Positions 1 to 11,977 are shown, counted from the stretch's first letter. The stretch is DNA of 64,000 nt from Chlorobiaceae bacterium (GCA_012972835.1 JABDHK010000004.1:153530-217529); one strand, 5' to 3'. A program made the numbers and translations. Notes: generated from the letters alone by a model not told the origin.

Positions 1-399
1 ATGAAACTCCAGAAAGTTTATCATCGCCCTGTCAGAGTGCATGGCAGGATGGCGTGAATCAAGCAGCAGGACAATCAGTGAAATGGTTTGCCTGTGCTCA
101 ATATAGGAGGAAAGCAGATTTCCCCATGCCGCCTTCTGTTCATGACCGACAGCTGCATAACCATAGCCGGGCAGATCGACAAAGAAAAACTGGTTATTAA
201 TTAAAAAATAGTTGATCAGTCTTGTTTTTCCTGGAGTTGAGCTGGTTTTTGCCAGGCCTTTAACCTCAGTAAGGGAGTTGAGCAGCGTTGACTTACCTAC
301 ATTGGACCTCCCTGCGAAAACAATTTCAGGAGATGATCCTTCCGGAAGGCCGGAAAGAGCGGAAACACTGATGTGAAAGGCAGCATGGGTAATCTTCAT
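1..399 (-). CDS. engB: Ribosome-biogenesis GTPase EngB/YihA, N-terminal part (C-terminus lies beyond the window start)
   Basis: My own minus-strand translation from the ATG at 397-399 gives [13 protein letters not shown]...[19 protein letters not shown] (P-loop)...[11 protein letters not shown]...[10 protein letters not shown] (G3). The frame stays open to position 1. It is not in the ORF track because it has no stop. Confidence 0.8.
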   Translation of the reverse strand, partial: MKITHAAFHISVSALSGLPEGSSPEIVFAGRSNVGKSTLLNSLTEVKGLAKTSSTPGKTRLINYFLINNQFFFVDLPGYGYAAVGHEQKAAWGNLLSSYIEHRQTISLIVLLLDSRHPAMHSDRAMINFLEFH

Positions 400-529
400 A
401 CAGAATAAAAGCGGTCATACAAAAAGAGCAATAAAAAGGAAGCTAAAAACCTTGCGTTAAAAACCCAAATGTTTAACTTTCATCCGGCTTTTTACGCATT
501 ACACCTACAAAAAGGAAGAACAGCAGAAG

Positions 530-1984
530 ATGTCACTTTTCATATACAATTCCCTCGGCAGAGCCAAAGAAAAGTTCGAACCCCTCTATCCGGGCATCGT
601 GAGCATCTATGTGTGCGGACCGACCGTATACGGGCATGCCCATTTAGGCCATGCAAAAAGCTATGTATCATTTGACGTGGTTGTCCGCTGGCTGCGCCAC
701 AAGGGATACCATGTAAAGTATGTTCAAAACATCACCGATGTTGGACACCTGACCGATGACGCCGATGAAGGTGAGGATAAGATCTCAAAACAGGCGCGCC
801 TCGAAAAAACAGATCCGATGGAAATTTCGCAGTTCTACACCCGAAGTTTCTATGAAGATATGGATCAGCTTGATGTTCTCCGCGCAAATATAGCGCCGGC
901 AGCGACCGCCCACATTCCCGAGCAGATTGCACTTGTAGAGCGATTGATTAAAACCGGTAACGCCTATGTGGTAAATGGCAATGTCTATTTCTCCGTTGAA
1001 TCATTTCCAGAATATGGAAAGCTTTCCGGTCGAACTGATCAGGATGCTCTGCAGTCGGGTATAAGAGTAGAGATGCGCTCTGAAAAACGCCACCCATCAG
1101 ACTTTGCGCTCTGGAAAAAAGCAGAGGAGGGTCATCTCATGAAATGGAATTCACCCTGGAGTGTCGGCTATCCCGGATGGCATCTGGAGTGTTCGGCCAT
1201 GTCGATGAAATATCTTGGAGAGACCATTGACATTCACGGTGGAGGTATGGAAAACAAGTTTCCACACCATGATTGTGAAATTGCCCAGTCAGAAGCTGCA
1301 ACAGGTAAACCCTATGTGAGGTTCTGGATGCACAACAATATGGTGACGGTCAATGGCATAAAAATGGGAAAATCCCTTAAAAACTCGGTCAATCTCAAGG
1401 ATCTCTTTAAAGAGTGTGATCCTCAGGTCATAAGATTCTTTGTGCTTCAATCGCACTATCGGTCGCAACTGGACTTTTCGGTATCAGCCATCAAAGCATC
1501 GACGACCGGACTCGAAAAACTCCGTGAGACCTGGCGCCGCCTCCGGGATCAAAAAATAGGGAGTGCCGAGTTTGCTCTCGAACCCTTCCTTCAGCGCTTT
1601 ACCGATGCAATGGATGATGATTTTAACACTCCAGTGGCCATAGCGGTTCTTTTTGACCTTTCAAAGGCCATTAATGCGGCACTGGATCGCAGCGAAGGCA
1701 TGTCAGAAAAGTCACGGCAGGAGACTCACGATTTTCTTCAAGCAGCCGGTTCTGATATTCTTGGGATTCTCAATCACCATGAAGAATCTTCCGGAAGGGA
1801 TAACCAGCTGATGAGTAAACGACTTGATGGGGTTATTGAGATTCTCCTCGGACTGCGGGCTGAAGCCAGAAATAACAAGGATTTTCCACTCAGCGATAAA
1901 ATCCGGGATAGACTACTTGCCGCAGGAATTGAAATCAAGGATACCAAGGAAGGGGTAAGCTGGTCAGTTAAATCCAGGGCTTAA
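530..1984 (+). CDS. cysS: Cysteine--tRNA ligase
   Basis: 484 aa. It has the class-I HIGH-type motif (GHAHLGHA), a KMSKS-type motif (KMGKS), and the WHLECSAM zinc/cysteine-site region typical of CysRS. Confidence 0.95.
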   Translation: MSLFIYNSLGRAKEKFEPLYPGIVSIYVCGPTVYGHAHLGHAKSYVSFDVVVRWLRHKGYHVKYVQNITDVGHLTDDADEGEDKISKQARLEKTDPMEISQFYTRSFYEDMDQLDVLRANIAPAATAHIPEQIALVERLIKTGNAYVVNGNVYFSVESFPEYGKLSGRTDQDALQSGIRVEMRSEKRHPSDFALWKKAEEGHLMKWNSPWSVGYPGWHLECSAMSMKYLGETIDIHGGGMENKFPHHDCEIAQSEAATGKPYVRFWMHNNMVTVNGIKMGKSLKNSVNLKDLFKECDPQVIRFFVLQSHYRSQLDFSVSAIKASTTGLEKLRETWRRLRDQKIGSAEFALEPFLQRFTDAMDDDFNTPVAIAVLFDLSKAINAALDRSEGMSEKSRQETHDFLQAAGSDILGILNHHEESSGRDNQLMSKRLDGVIEILLGLRAEARNNKDFPLSDKIRDRLLAAGIEIKDTKEGVSWSVKSRA

Positions 1985-3144
1985 AGGTACTCCTTCAGCC
2001 CTTCCCTTCTGAGGGTATCGACGACATCGCTGACCCTGTGAGAGTACCCTTTACCACAAATAAGCAAAGCATTGTCAGTCTCAACAATAATCAGGTCACT
2101 TACTCCAATAGTACAGACGATCTTGCCCTCAGGTTTCCGGACAAAAACATTGTCACACTCAATCTTGATCAATCGATTATCGAGCTTCTCCTCCTCTATC
2201 ATACTCCGTCTTTCGGCAACTTTCAATACCTCATCCCAGCAGCCAAGATCAGTCCACCCGAACTCTCCTGTCAGTACAAAAACCATATCAGCTTTCTCCA
2301 TAATACCATAGTCTATGGAGAGAGAATGAATCCAGGAATAAACATCTTCAATAACCTTTTGTTCATGCTCTGTGCCGAGGCTGTCATAGATAGTAAGGAG
2401 ATCTTTGTATAAATCAGGCATTGATCGTTCAAACTCTCTTGATATCGCATCAATATGCCAGATAAAGACTCCGCTGTTCCAGTAGAAATCCTTGCTTTCA
2501 AGAAACTCGTCTGCCGTTACGGCGTCCGGTTTTTCAGCAAAAGCCTTGACCCTGAAAAGCATGAATTCACAACCTGCGGAAAAGGCCAACGGTATGGAGA
2601 GTTTTTCATCAACCTGGATATAACCATACTCTGTTGCAGGCCTGTCGGGTTTAATACCGATGGTGACAAGCCCCTGCTTGCCCCTTGCTATCTCAATGCC
2701 AGCCTCAATAATTTTATTAAATGCCTGATCGTCAAGCACAAGATGATCAGAAGGGAGCACAACGGTCACAGCATCTGGATCCCGCTTTTTTATGTGGGCA
2801 GTTGCAAGAGCGATACAGGGGGCTGTATTGCGACTGCATGGCTCAACAATAATATTGTCTGGTCTGAAACTTCCGAGAGATGATAAAATCAGCTGTCGTC
2901 CAACTTCGTTGGTGATAATAAATATATTGTCCTCTATGACGACCTCGCTGATACGTTGAACTGTTTTAGCAATCATGGTACCTTCGTCAAAGAGATCGAC
3001 GAACTGCTTTGGCATTCTTTTTCTTGAAACAGGCCATAACTGCTTTCCTATACCGCCAGCCATAATAACTGCATAAACATGCTTGATCAAACTACTACTC
3101 ATAAAGATCAATCGCTTATATGCATTTTCTGAAACTTTAATCAC
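1981..3144 (-). CDS. Mannose-1-phosphate guanylyltransferase-like sugar nucleotidyltransferase (short form, no cupin domain)
   Basis: N-terminal AVIMAGGIGKQLWPVSRKRMPKQF nucleotidyltransferase signature. The likely true start is the internal Met at 3102 (MSSSLIKHVYAVIMAGG). The 3' end overlaps cysS by 4 nt, convergently. Confidence 0.75.
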   Translation of the reverse strand: MIKVSENAYKRLIFMSSSLIKHVYAVIMAGGIGKQLWPVSRKRMPKQFVDLFDEGTMIAKTVQRISEVVIEDNIFIITNEVGRQLILSSLGSFRPDNIIVEPCSRNTAPCIALATAHIKKRDPDAVTVVLPSDHLVLDDQAFNKIIEAGIEIARGKQGLVTIGIKPDRPATEYGYIQVDEKLSIPLAFSAGCEFMLFRVKAFAEKPDAVTADEFLESKDFYWNSGVFIWHIDAISREFERSMPDLYKDLLTIYDSLGTEHEQKVIEDVYSWIHSLSIDYGIMEKADMVFVLTGEFGWTDLGCWDEVLKVAERRSMIEEEKLDNRLIKIECDNVFVRKPEGKIVCTIGVSDLIIVETDNALLICGKGYSHRVSDVVDTLRREGLKEYL

Positions 3145-3224
3145 CTGCCACTCACTTCTTGCCGCAATTTACAACTATTTCTCTTTAAATAGGAGAGAGT
3201 GTATGGTCAAATATAACAGTCGAT

Positions 3225-3944
3225 TTGTCATTCATCGTAAAATGTTGTTTTTTCCGTAAACAACTGAACAGAAGGATTGAACTCATGGCAAGATTGAACG
3301 ATGATTTAGCAACACTGAAGAGTTTATGTGCCGAACAGGGAATGGTGTTCGATCTACTAACACTTGATCAATTAGTACGATATGGCGCCTTGCTTGAGCA
3401 GTGGAACCATAAAATAAACCTTATAAGCCGAAAGGAAGACGCTCCGGTAATTGTCAAGCATATCTTTCATTCGCTCTTGATCTCTCTGTACCACACCTTC
3501 AACGCAGGCGAAAAAGTACTTGATCTTGGAACAGGAGGAGGACTGCCGGGTATCCCGCTCTCCATAGCCTTTCCTGATACACAATTCCTTCTTGTGGATG
3601 CAACAGGAAAAAAAATAGCGGCGTGCCAGGCCATGATCAAGGAGCTTGGCATCAAGAACGTTATTGCTCTCCATACAAGGGTAGAAGAACTTAAGGGTGT
3701 TCTATTTGATACAGTACTGTCACGGCAGGTTGCTCCTCTCGATCAACTTTGCGCCTATGCAGGCACTCTTCTGAAGCCGGGTGGTATTCTCATCTGCCTG
3801 AAGGGGGGAAATCTTGAAAAGGAGATTGCAAAAGCTGTAGGGTCAGGCAAAAATCATAACGGATTCCCCACAAAGGTCGAACTGCATCCAATCAGCTCTA
3901 TCAGTCCGTTTTTCTCAGAAAAGCAAATAGTCATTGCCCGCTGA
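3225..3944 (+). CDS. rsmG: 16S rRNA (guanine527-N7)-methyltransferase RsmG/GidB
   Basis: [19 protein letters not shown] motif and overall GidB-like length. The track ORF starts at TTG 3225; ATG 3285 (MARLNDD) is the more plausible start. Confidence 0.85.
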   Translation: MSFIVKCCFFRKQLNRRIELMARLNDDLATLKSLCAEQGMVFDLLTLDQLVRYGALLEQWNHKINLISRKEDAPVIVKHIFHSLLISLYHTFNAGEKVLDLGTGGGLPGIPLSIAFPDTQFLLVDATGKKIAACQAMIKELGIKNVIALHTRVEELKGVLFDTVLSRQVAPLDQLCAYAGTLLKPGGILICLKGGNLEKEIAKAVGSGKNHNGFPTKVELHPISSISPFFSEKQIVIAR

Positions 3945-4007
3945 TAAGAAGTATCCTGCGGACAATGACTAATAATGGTCTTATTGATAGGTTGTAAAGA
4001 GAGTTGC

Positions 4008-4472
4008 TTACTCAGCCGCAGTTGTTGCCGCTGGAGCTTCACTTGTCTTCTTTGAACCTTTGACTCGTTTTGCGCGATCCTGCTTGGCCGCTTTCTGCTG
4101 AGTTGCCGGTGCTTCCTGATAATCAACAAGCTCAATAACAGCCATTTTCGCTGCATCACCAAAACGCGGAGCAAGCTTTATAACTCTTGTATACCCTCCG
4201 TTACGTGAACCAACTTTTGCTACAATCTCTTCAAAAAGAATTCTGATGGCTTGCTTATCCCTGATATCCTTGAAGATTTCGCGCTGGGCATGAACTGTTC
4301 CTTTGCGAGCTTTTGTAATAATCTTCTCAACAACCCGGCGGGTCTCCTTTGCCTTGGCCTCTGTCGTCTCAATACGCTTGTAAACAAGCAGCTGTGTCGA
4401 CAGATTGCTTAGTGTGGCCTTTCTATGGGCTGCGGTTCTTCCGAGTTTTCTTACCGGCTTAACTTTACGCAT
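4008..4472 (-). CDS. rplQ: 50S ribosomal protein L17
   Basis: [24 protein letters not shown]... is the canonical L17 N-terminus. It follows rpoA as the last gene of the alpha operon and has a Lys/Ala-rich C-terminal tail. Confidence 0.95.
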   Translation of the reverse strand: MRKVKPVRKLGRTAAHRKATLSNLSTQLLVYKRIETTEAKAKETRRVVEKIITKARKGTVHAQREIFKDIRDKQAIRILFEEIVAKVGSRNGGYTRVIKLAPRFGDAAKMAVIELVDYQEAPATQQKAAKQDRAKRVKGSKKTSEAPAATTAAE

Positions 4473-4519
4473 GACTGTATCCTGATCTCAATAATTCAAA
4501 AAAACGTTTACTATTTTTA

Positions 4520-5503
4520 TCATTTCATCTGATACTTGGTAATATCCATACCAAATTTCAGGTCAAACTTTTCAAGCTGTTCCTTGAGCTCCGTCAACGA
4601 TTTCTTTCCAAAGTTCTTGTAGTTGAGCAGTTCATCTTCCTTGCGCGACACAAGGTCACCGATAGTATCAATCTCCGCAAGTCTCAGGCAGTTATGCGAG
4701 CGTACCGAAAGATCAAGATCTTCTATTTTGGTATGCAGCAGTCTGCGCATGGTCTCGAACTCATCATCCTGCTGTTTGAACTCCTCTTCTGTAAACTCTT
4801 CCTCAGTCGGTGAGAAATTGGCAAAATAGGTAACATGTTCAGTAATAATCTTTCCAGCAAGACTGATGGAGTCATCAGGAGTGACTGAACCATCTGTTTC
4901 AACATCAAGAATCATCTTTTCATAATCGGTTCTCTGACCGACACGAGTATTTTCAACGATGAACTTAACATTCCTGATTGGTGTATAAATCGCATCAATC
5001 GCTATATAACCTATCGGCATACCTTCAGGTCTGTTTTCCTCTGCAGGAATGTAGCCCCGACCTCTACCGATATAAAGATCTATGGTGATGGTTGCATTTG
5101 CATTGATCGTCGCAATATGCATATCCCTGTTCAACACCTCAAACTCCCCTTCCTGAGCTACAATATCACCTGAAGTAAACTCCATTGGCCCGACAAGGGT
5201 TAGAGATGTCTTACAATTTCTTTTGCATGTCGATTTAAAACGTACCTTCTTGAGGTTAAGAACAATTTCCGGTACATCCTCTCGGACACCATCAATCGCA
5301 GCAAACTCATGAAAGACGCCGTCTATTTTTATGCCTGTAATTGCAGTACCCGGCAGTGAAGCAAGCAGAACCCTTCTCATAACATTTCCAAGGGTCACAC
5401 CGTAACCACGCTCAAGCGGCTGCGCAACGAACCTGCCGAAACGATCAGTATGTGTAGTTTCGTCAACCTCGATTTTTGCAGGCATCTGCATCTGGTATAT
5501 CAT
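4520..5503 (-). CDS. rpoA: DNA-directed RNA polymerase subunit alpha
   Basis: 327 aa with an N-terminal assembly domain and a C-terminal domain ([22 protein letters not shown]). It lies between rpsD and rplQ. Confidence 0.97.
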   Translation of the reverse strand: MIYQMQMPAKIEVDETTHTDRFGRFVAQPLERGYGVTLGNVMRRVLLASLPGTAITGIKIDGVFHEFAAIDGVREDVPEIVLNLKKVRFKSTCKRNCKTSLTLVGPMEFTSGDIVAQEGEFEVLNRDMHIATINANATITIDLYIGRGRGYIPAEENRPEGMPIGYIAIDAIYTPIRNVKFIVENTRVGQRTDYEKMILDVETDGSVTPDDSISLAGKIITEHVTYFANFSPTEEEFTEEEFKQQDDEFETMRRLLHTKIEDLDLSVRSHNCLRLAEIDTIGDLVSRKEDELLNYKNFGKKSLTELKEQLEKFDLKFGMDITKYQMK

Positions 5504-5531
5504 AGTATTGATACCTTAGAATTCATTAAAA

Positions 5532-6143
5532 TCACTTGGAGTATAACTCAACAACCAACTGCTCATTAAACGGCTCCTGAACCTCAACTCTTTCAGGAAC
5601 ACTGAGAAAAACAGCTTTCTGGTTGGCTTTGTCGACCTGAATCCATGAAGGAATACGAGAATCCGGGGTTTTAATGATTGAGTCAGTAACCGATCCCATA
5701 TTTTTGCTTCTCTGACGAAACTCAATGACTTCAGAAGGTGAAACCATATAAGAAGGAATATCTACTTTCTTTCCGTTGATAAGGAGATGTCCATGGGTTA
5801 CAAGCTGACGTGCAGCTGACCTTGAAGGTGCAAAACCAGCACGAAAGACAACATTATCAAATCTTCTTTCAAGCAGTCTGACAAGGTTATCACCTGTAAC
5901 ACCTCTCTGTGATGCAGCTTTTCTGAAGTAATTTCTAAACTGCTTCTCGAGAATTCCATACAGGTATTTCATCTTCTGCTTCTCTCTGAGCTGGAGGGCA
6001 TATTCTGATACTTTACCTTTCCTGCCCTGGCCATGCTGACCTGGAGGAAAAGGACGTCTTTCGAGATATTTTTCAGCTTTAGGTGCAAGCGCAATACCTA
6101 ACCTGCGGGATACTTTTGTTATTGAGCCTCTAAATCTTGCCAT
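5532..6143 (-). CDS. rpsD: 30S ribosomal protein S4
   Basis: [16 protein letters not shown]... plus an S4 RNA-binding domain ([26 protein letters not shown]). Confidence 0.96.
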   Translation of the reverse strand: MARFRGSITKVSRRLGIALAPKAEKYLERRPFPPGQHGQGRKGKVSEYALQLREKQKMKYLYGILEKQFRNYFRKAASQRGVTGDNLVRLLERRFDNVVFRAGFAPSRSAARQLVTHGHLLINGKKVDIPSYMVSPSEVIEFRQRSKNMGSVTDSIIKTPDSRIPSWIQVDKANQKAVFLSVPERVEVQEPFNEQLVVELYSK

Positions 6144-6180
6144 ATCAATTGCTTCATTGAAATTCTATGAATATATAAAA

Positions 6181-6564
6181 TCAGACCCTTCTGCGCTTGG
6201 GAGGCCTGCAGCCATTATGCGGTAAAGGGGTAATATCCTTAATGGTACGAACATCAAGACCTGCACCCTGCAGAGCACGGATAGCAGCATCACGACCAGC
6301 ACCGGGACCTTTGATAAAGACATTGACATGCCGCATACCAAGATCATACGCTTCTTTTGCTGCGGCTTCAGATGTCACCTGCGATGCATAAGGAGTATTC
6401 TTTTTAGAGCCCTTGAACCCGTTTTTGCCCGCGCTTGACCAGGAAACCGTATTGCCCTGAACATCGGTAATGGTTACCATAATATTATTGAAGGATGCTT
6501 TGATATGTACAGCACCTTCCGCGGTAACCTTTATTTTCTTTTTCTTCCTGCTTATTGTAGCCAT
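6181..6564 (-). CDS. rpsK: 30S ribosomal protein S11
   Basis: [18 protein letters not shown]...SSAG...[10 protein letters not shown] is the canonical S11 core. Confidence 0.96.
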   Translation of the reverse strand: MATISRKKKKIKVTAEGAVHIKASFNNIMVTITDVQGNTVSWSSAGKNGFKGSKKNTPYASQVTSEAAAKEAYDLGMRHVNVFIKGPGAGRDAAIRALQGAGLDVRTIKDITPLPHNGCRPPKRRRV

Positions 6565-6609
6565 GAACTTATACTCTTTAGTATCGAAGATTTTATTGCC
6601 TATACACTA

Positions 6610-6987
6610 CTACTTCTTAACAGCCTTCTTCTTTCCAGCAACAGTCTTACGTTTACCTTTTCTGGTCCTTGCGTTAGTCCGGGTACGCTGACCGCGAACA
6701 GGCAGCGAGCGGCGATGACGAAGTCCTCTGTAGCAACCGATATCCATCAAACGTTTTATGGCAGTCTGCTGCTCACCGCGAGCCTGCCCCTCAACCTTGT
6801 ATTGTTCGGCAATAATTTCTCTAATTGCATGAGCTTCTTCATCATTAAGCTCAGAGACTTTTCTGTTTGGCGCAATTCCTGCTCTCTGCAGAATACTCTC
6901 TGCTGATGCTCTCCCAATACCATAAACATGCGTTAAAGCAATAACGACATGTTTGTTTAACGGCAAATTTACCCCAGCTATCCTCAT
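6610..6987 (-). CDS. rpsM: 30S ribosomal protein S13
   Basis: [26 protein letters not shown]... is the canonical S13 N-terminus. Confidence 0.96.
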   Translation of the reverse strand: MRIAGVNLPLNKHVVIALTHVYGIGRASAESILQRAGIAPNRKVSELNDEEAHAIREIIAEQYKVEGQARGEQQTAIKRLMDIGCYRGLRHRRSLPVRGQRTRTNARTRKGKRKTVAGKKKAVKK

Positions 6988-7021
6988 ATGCTTTTTAAAA
7001 TTCTATTGTTTTTTCTGAAGA

Positions 7022-7138
7022 TCAACCCTGGCGCTGCTTATGGCTTGGATTCACTTTGCAAATCACAAATCTTTTGCCTTTACGTTTCACAATTCGGCAG
7101 TGCTCACAACGTTTTTTAATAGAAGAATATATTTTCAT
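7022..7138 (-). CDS. rpmJ: 50S ribosomal protein L36
   Basis: Not in the ORF track (38 aa). My translation is [38 protein letters not shown], with the C-x2-C...C-x5-H zinc-ribbon pattern. It sits in the canonical slot between infA and rpsM. Confidence 0.93.
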   Translation of the reverse strand: MKIYSSIKKRCEHCRIVKRKGKRFVICKVNPSHKQRQG

Positions 7139-7248
7139 AATAACCCCGAGATGCAATAATTAATCCAACTAAATCAGAAATCTGAAAAGGCTTGTAATGT
7201 AATAAATATTGATGAATAAATCAATATCATGATTCGTTATTTCATCAC

Positions 7249-7467
7249 TTATTTGTATCGATAGGTAATCCTTCCTTTTGTGATATCGTAGGGTGAAATC
7301 TGGACTTTAACCTTGTCACCAGGCAGTATCCTGATATAGTGCATCCTGATTTTACCGGAAACATGCGCCAGAACCTCAAGGCTGTTTTCGAGTTTTACCT
7401 TGAACTGCGCATTTGGAAGTGCTTCCAGAATCACGCCTTCAATCTCAATTGATTCTTCTTTAGCCAA
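7249..7467 (-). CDS. infA: Translation initiation factor IF-1
   Basis: 72 aa, [28 protein letters not shown]...[26 protein letters not shown]. This is the canonical S1-like IF-1. Confidence 0.97.
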   Translation of the reverse strand: MAKEESIEIEGVILEALPNAQFKVKLENSLEVLAHVSGKIRMHYIRILPGDKVKVQISPYDITKGRITYRYK

Positions 7468-7514
7468 ATTATTTGCTCCTTTATTCGATAGTATTGTAAA
7501 CGTTTCAAGAGTGA

Positions 7515-8303
7515 TTACCTGCCAAGAAAGGTACGGGTCAGTACTTCCGCTTTCCCCAACCTGACAACGATAGTATGTTCAAAATGTGCTGAAGGCTTCC
7601 CGTCCTCCGTCACTGCTACCCATCCACCCCGCTTACTGATAGCCCTGCGTGATCTTCCAAGAGCAATCATAGGTTCGATGGCAAGTGTCATTCCGGCCAC
7701 CAGCCTCACTCCGGTATTCTTTCTGCCATAATTTGGAACTGCGGGATCCTCGTGCAATTCACTGCCAATGCCATGGCCGACCATGTTTTCGATAACACTG
7801 AAGCGGAAAGAACGGGCATGATCCTCAATAGCAGAAGATATATCGTGCAGGCGGTTGCCCTCAACAGCCATGGCAATTCCTCTTTCAAGACATTCACTGG
7901 TCACATCTACAAGTTTCTGTACCTTTTCGTCAATAATTCCAAGAACAAATGTTCTTGCTGCATCACCGTGATATCCGCCCTTATAGACTCCGCAATCAAC
8001 CGAAACAATATCACCTTCCTTGAGAATCCTTTTTATACTCGGCACACCATGAACTACCTCTTCGTTAATCGAAACACACAGAGTAGCAGGATATGGTGTA
8101 ACATCAGGATCGCCTTTAGGCGCATAGTTCAGAAAACTTGGTACTGCACTATGATCCCTGATAAAAGCTTCAGCCATTGAGTCAAGCTGTTTGGTCGACA
8201 TACCCGGCTTGATTTCTTTCTCGAGCAGATCAAGTACCTGAGCGGTAAGTGCTCCTGACTCTCTCATCAACTCTATTTCCCGCTCGCTTTTTATAGTAAT
8301 CAT
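7515..8303 (-). CDS. map: Type I methionine aminopeptidase
   Basis: 262 aa with metal-ligand contexts ([29 protein letters not shown]). It lies directly downstream of secY. Confidence 0.95.
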   Translation of the reverse strand: MITIKSEREIELMRESGALTAQVLDLLEKEIKPGMSTKQLDSMAEAFIRDHSAVPSFLNYAPKGDPDVTPYPATLCVSINEEVVHGVPSIKRILKEGDIVSVDCGVYKGGYHGDAARTFVLGIIDEKVQKLVDVTSECLERGIAMAVEGNRLHDISSAIEDHARSFRFSVIENMVGHGIGSELHEDPAVPNYGRKNTGVRLVAGMTLAIEPMIALGRSRRAISKRGGWVAVTEDGKPSAHFEHTIVVRLGKAEVLTRTFLGR

Positions 8304-8313
8304 TTAGGATTTT

Positions 8314-9645
8314 TTACCTGGACTGTCGACCGCGTGTCTTACCGGACTTCATGAAGCCGTCATAATGACGCATCATCAAATGGCTTTCGACCTGTTGCAA
8401 AGTATCAAGGCCAACCCCAACAATAATCAGAAGGCTTGTTCCTCCAAAAAATTGCGCAAACCCCTGTGTCACATTGACAAATTTTGTTAGAAAGGTAGGC
8501 AGTATGGCTATGATAGCAAGCGATATTGCTCCCGGAAGAGTAATACGTGTTAAAATATTATCTATAAAATCAGCAGTGCTTTTTCCAGGACGCACACCCG
8601 GTATAAACCCACCCTGGCGGCGCATGGTATCAGCAACCTCTTTAGGGTTAAATGCTATTGCAGTATAAAAATAGGTAAAGAAAACAATCATGGTGCCGAA
8701 CATCAGTGCATACCACCAGGAGTCATAGGCCAAGAGAGCAGCAATACCCTGCATAACTTCGTTTTCGGGGAAAAAGGAGAGAAAAGTACCAGGAAGAAAC
8801 ATGATCGACTGGGCAAAAATGATCGGCATAACACCGGCAGTATTAATCCTCATGGGAATATACTGTGTGCTTCCACCATAGACCTTGCGTCCGACAACAC
8901 GTTTGGCATGCTGAACCGGGATGCGTCGCGTTCCAACAGTCAGTACTACAACAAAAGCTACAATTGCAGCCATGATGGCAAGAATCACAATCTCTATAAT
9001 CCAGTTCTTGCTGCCAAGAGAGACTGATCTGAATTCAGCAACAAGCGCCTGCGGGAACCTTGCAAGTATACCGATCATGATAATGAGCGATATACCGTTT
9101 CCTATACCGCGCTCTGTAATTTTCTCGCCCAGCCACATGACAAAAACAGTAGCAGCTGTCAAAAGAATAACGACTGTAACCGTAAAGAAAATGCCTGGAT
9201 CAGGCACAACGATCTTGCCAAAAGAGGTTGGACTTGAGAGACTGACGCTGACACCCCATGACTGGAGAATAGCAATAACCACTGTTCCATAGCGTGTCAT
9301 CTGACTGATTTTCTGACGCCCATCCTCACCCTCCTTCTGAAGTTTCTGAAAATACGGAGTTACCGCACCAAGAAGCTGGATAATGATAGAGGCTGAGATG
9401 TAAGGCATAATGCCAAGAGAAAATATAGAGGCTCTGGCAAAAGCTCCACCGACAAAAAGATCAAAAAGTCCGAAGAGATCGTTGGAGTGGGTTTGCGATG
9501 CGCCTGACACTGCAGCCGCATCAACACCCGGAATGGTAATGTGTGAACCAAGTCTGTAGATAAATAACAGAAGAAGCGTATAAAGGATCCTCTGACGGAG
9601 CTCAGGGATTTTATTGATATTCCTTATACTTTCATTAAGCTTCAT
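8314..9645 (-). CDS. secY: Preprotein translocase subunit SecY
   Basis: 443 aa polytopic membrane protein with a SecY signature (GIMPYISASIIIQLL). It sits at the end of the spc cluster. Confidence 0.97.
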   Translation of the reverse strand: MKLNESIRNINKIPELRQRILYTLLLLFIYRLGSHITIPGVDAAAVSGASQTHSNDLFGLFDLFVGGAFARASIFSLGIMPYISASIIIQLLGAVTPYFQKLQKEGEDGRQKISQMTRYGTVVIAILQSWGVSVSLSSPTSFGKIVVPDPGIFFTVTVVILLTAATVFVMWLGEKITERGIGNGISLIIMIGILARFPQALVAEFRSVSLGSKNWIIEIVILAIMAAIVAFVVVLTVGTRRIPVQHAKRVVGRKVYGGSTQYIPMRINTAGVMPIIFAQSIMFLPGTFLSFFPENEVMQGIAALLAYDSWWYALMFGTMIVFFTYFYTAIAFNPKEVADTMRRQGGFIPGVRPGKSTADFIDNILTRITLPGAISLAIIAILPTFLTKFVNVTQGFAQFFGGTSLLIIVGVGLDTLQQVESHLMMRHYDGFMKSGKTRGRQSR

Positions 9646-9663
9646 AGTGTCCTTTTAACGGAT

Positions 9664-10218
9664 TCAGGGCTTGGGGGATTTTTTTACTCTCTTGACCAAA
9701 GGAGTCTTTGGTTTCAAGAGCGCCTCTTCAAACGGCAGATCCCTGACCTTGGAAGCCTCTTCAAGCGTACGGAATGCCTTGATTACTTTTCCGCCTGCTG
9801 CAATAATTTTTTCTTCAGCACTCTTGCTGAACGCATGAGCGGTTATGGTAATCGCACTCGACAGTTCGCCGTTGCCAAGTATCTTGAAATAGTCGGCGTT
9901 ACTTGCATGAAGCAGTGACTTGAGATCCAGAATTGAAATCTCATTTTCTATAAGACCATCCTGTATCCACTTGTCGATCTGTATAAGATTGACCGTATTG
10001 ACCGGCTTACTGTCAAGAGGAGTAAAACCAAACTTGGGCAACCTCCGGTAAACCGGTACCTGTCCACCCTCAATGATAGGTCTCTTGTAGCCGCTTCGCG
10101 CCTGTTGACCTTTGTTGCCCTTGCCAGCTGTTGTTCCATTTCCAGAACCTTGCCCGCGGCCAACCCGCTTTTTGTTTTTTACTGCGCCTTCTGCTGGACG
10201 AAGTGAACTTAAATCCAT
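9664..10218 (-). CDS. rplO: 50S ribosomal protein L15
   Basis: The L15 core is MDLSSLRPAEGAVKNKKRVGRGQGSGNGTTAGKG. The track ORF extends to 10266, but that extension overlaps rpmD, so the Met at 10218 is used. Confidence 0.93.
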   Translation of the reverse strand: MDLSSLRPAEGAVKNKKRVGRGQGSGNGTTAGKGNKGQQARSGYKRPIIEGGQVPVYRRLPKFGFTPLDSKPVNTVNLIQIDKWIQDGLIENEISILDLKSLLHASNADYFKILGNGELSSAITITAHAFSKSAEEKIIAAGGKVIKAFRTLEEASKVRDLPFEEALLKPKTPLVKRVKKSPKP

Positions 10219-10252
10219 GGTTTCAATTCCCGACTTGCTATTAGTAAAAATC

Positions 10253-10444
10253 TTAGACCTCTTCAACCTTTACAAGGTGCTGTACAACCCTTATCTGTCC
10301 TCTTGTACAAGGATTATCCTGCCTGTCAACCTGGTAGTGTGGTCTGCCGAGTCCAAGCGCCTTGATGGTAGCCTTCTGTTTTTTTGTTCCACCAATGATG
10401 CTACGCACCTGGGTAATTTTCAGTGTCTTCTCACTCATGATCAC
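10253..10444 (-). CDS. rpmD: 50S ribosomal protein L30
   Basis: 63 aa, LKITQVRSIIGGTKKQKATIKALGLGR. It lies between rpsE and rplO. Confidence 0.94.
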   Translation of the reverse strand: MIMSEKTLKITQVRSIIGGTKKQKATIKALGLGRPHYQVDRQDNPCTRGQIRVVQHLVKVEEV

Positions 10445-10455
10445 ATTCTCTCTTT

Positions 10456-10974
10456 TTAACTTTCAAAAACCTCTTTCAGGCTCTTAGACCGTCTTTCGCC
10501 GACGTCATAGGCATCAGAAATGCTTTGCAATCCCTTGATAGCAGCTTTCACCACATTATGGGGATTTGATGACCCAAGCGACTTGGTCAGAATGTCGTGT
10601 ATACCTGCCATTTCAAGAACAGCACGTACAGCGCCTCCGGCAATAAGTCCTGTACCAGGCGTTGCTGGCTTCATCATAACCTTTGCTGCACCGTAACGTG
10701 CTACAATCTGATGAGGTATGGTACCTTTTACAATCGGCACTTTGATAACATTTTTCTTGCCATCTTCAATGCCCTTGGCAATAGCATCCTGAACTTCGTT
10801 TGCTTTACCGAGACCATAACCTACATGTCCTTCTTTATCACCAACCACAACAATTGCGTTAAATCCAAAACGCTTTCCGCCTTTAACAACCTTTGCAGTC
10901 CTGTTGATATGAACCAGTTTCTCTTTCAGATTTAATTCTCCGGGCCTGATAATCTTTGCAGATGTTTTCGCCAT
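10456..10974 (-). CDS. rpsE: 30S ribosomal protein S5
   Basis: [34 protein letters not shown] is the canonical S5 core. Confidence 0.96.
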   Translation of the reverse strand: MAKTSAKIIRPGELNLKEKLVHINRTAKVVKGGKRFGFNAIVVVGDKEGHVGYGLGKANEVQDAIAKGIEDGKKNVIKVPIVKGTIPHQIVARYGAAKVMMKPATPGTGLIAGGAVRAVLEMAGIHDILTKSLGSSNPHNVVKAAIKGLQSISDAYDVGERRSKSLKEVFES

Positions 10975-10996
10975 TTACTTTCTCTTTGAAAAGTTT

Positions 10997-11356
10997 TTAA
11001 AAGATCAGTCCTGCTTCTCTCGCACCATCAGCCAACTCCTTGACTCTGCCATGATAACGAAAACCATTCCTGTCAAATACTACATTTGTTATTCCTGCGG
11101 CAAGGGCTTTTTCTCCGATTTGCTTGCCGACAACGCGGCATATTTCAGACTTAGAACCCTGAAGTACCTTGTTATCCTTTGACATGGTTGATGAAGCTAT
11201 AATGGTTTTGCCATTCACATCATCAATCAGCTGTGCATAAATCTGGGAGAGACTCCTGTAAACACAAAGCCTCGGCTTTGCCTGGGTACCCTGGACATTG
11301 TCTCTGCTTCTGTCCTTGATTTTCTGCCTCCGGGAGGCTTTATCGATTTGACTCAT
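10997..11356 (-). CDS. rplR: 50S ribosomal protein L18
   Basis: [19 protein letters not shown]... and the C-terminal [24 protein letters not shown] are both canonical for L18. Confidence 0.96.
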   Translation of the reverse strand: MSQIDKASRRQKIKDRSRDNVQGTQAKPRLCVYRSLSQIYAQLIDDVNGKTIIASSTMSKDNKVLQGSKSEICRVVGKQIGEKALAAGITNVVFDRNGFRYHGRVKELADGAREAGLIF

Positions 11357-11409
11357 TCTCTTGAACCGTTGTATAATGTTATTGCCTGAATTCCTGAGCT
11401 CTGGATTTC

Positions 11410-11949
11410 TTACTTGCCTGCAGCCTTACCTTCCTTGCGACGGATTACTTCACCTGCATACTTGATACCCTTTCCACGATAAGGCTCTGGCTTCCTGAAT
11501 GAACGTATCTTAGCAGCGACCTGACCAACAAGAGCCTTGTCGATACCGCTTATCAGCACGGTAACCTGATCTGGAACTTCAATCTTGATCTCGTCAGGAG
11601 CCTTAAAGTAAATCATATGCGAATAACCAAGAGTCAAGGCAAGCAGATCATTTTTAAGCTCAGCACGAAATCCAACACCGGCAATTTCAAGTTTTCTTGT
11701 AAACCCTTTGGTAACTCCCTCAACCATATTGCTGATAAGCATACGGTAGAGACCATGCTGCGCTTTAGCCTTCTTGCTATCGTCAACTCTCTTGACTGTA
11801 ATGATATCACCCTCAACCGTAACGTTTACCTGATCCGTAAGTCTCTGCTCCAGAGCGCCTTTAGGACCTGATACCCTGATGTTCAAGTCATTGATCTCTA
11901 TCTTCGCCTGATTGCTCAGGGGTATGGGCATTTTTCCTATTCTTGACAT
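11410..11949 (-). CDS. rplF: 50S ribosomal protein L6
   Basis: [11 protein letters not shown]...VSGPKG... with the C-terminal [13 protein letters not shown]. Confidence 0.96.
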   Translation of the reverse strand: MSRIGKMPIPLSNQAKIEINDLNIRVSGPKGALEQRLTDQVNVTVEGDIITVKRVDDSKKAKAQHGLYRMLISNMVEGVTKGFTRKLEIAGVGFRAELKNDLLALTLGYSHMIYFKAPDEIKIEVPDQVTVLISGIDKALVGQVAAKIRSFRKPEPYRGKGIKYAGEVIRRKEGKAAGK

Positions 11950-11977
11950 GGTATTCTAATGCTCTGTGGCTTATAGA

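Noticed and set aside
469-675. 68-aa plus-strand ORF overlapping the cysS start, and a 66-aa minus-strand ORF at 732-932.
   Set aside because: Both overlap the clearly coding cysS frame and have Arg/Cys/His-rich compositions that do not look like protein.
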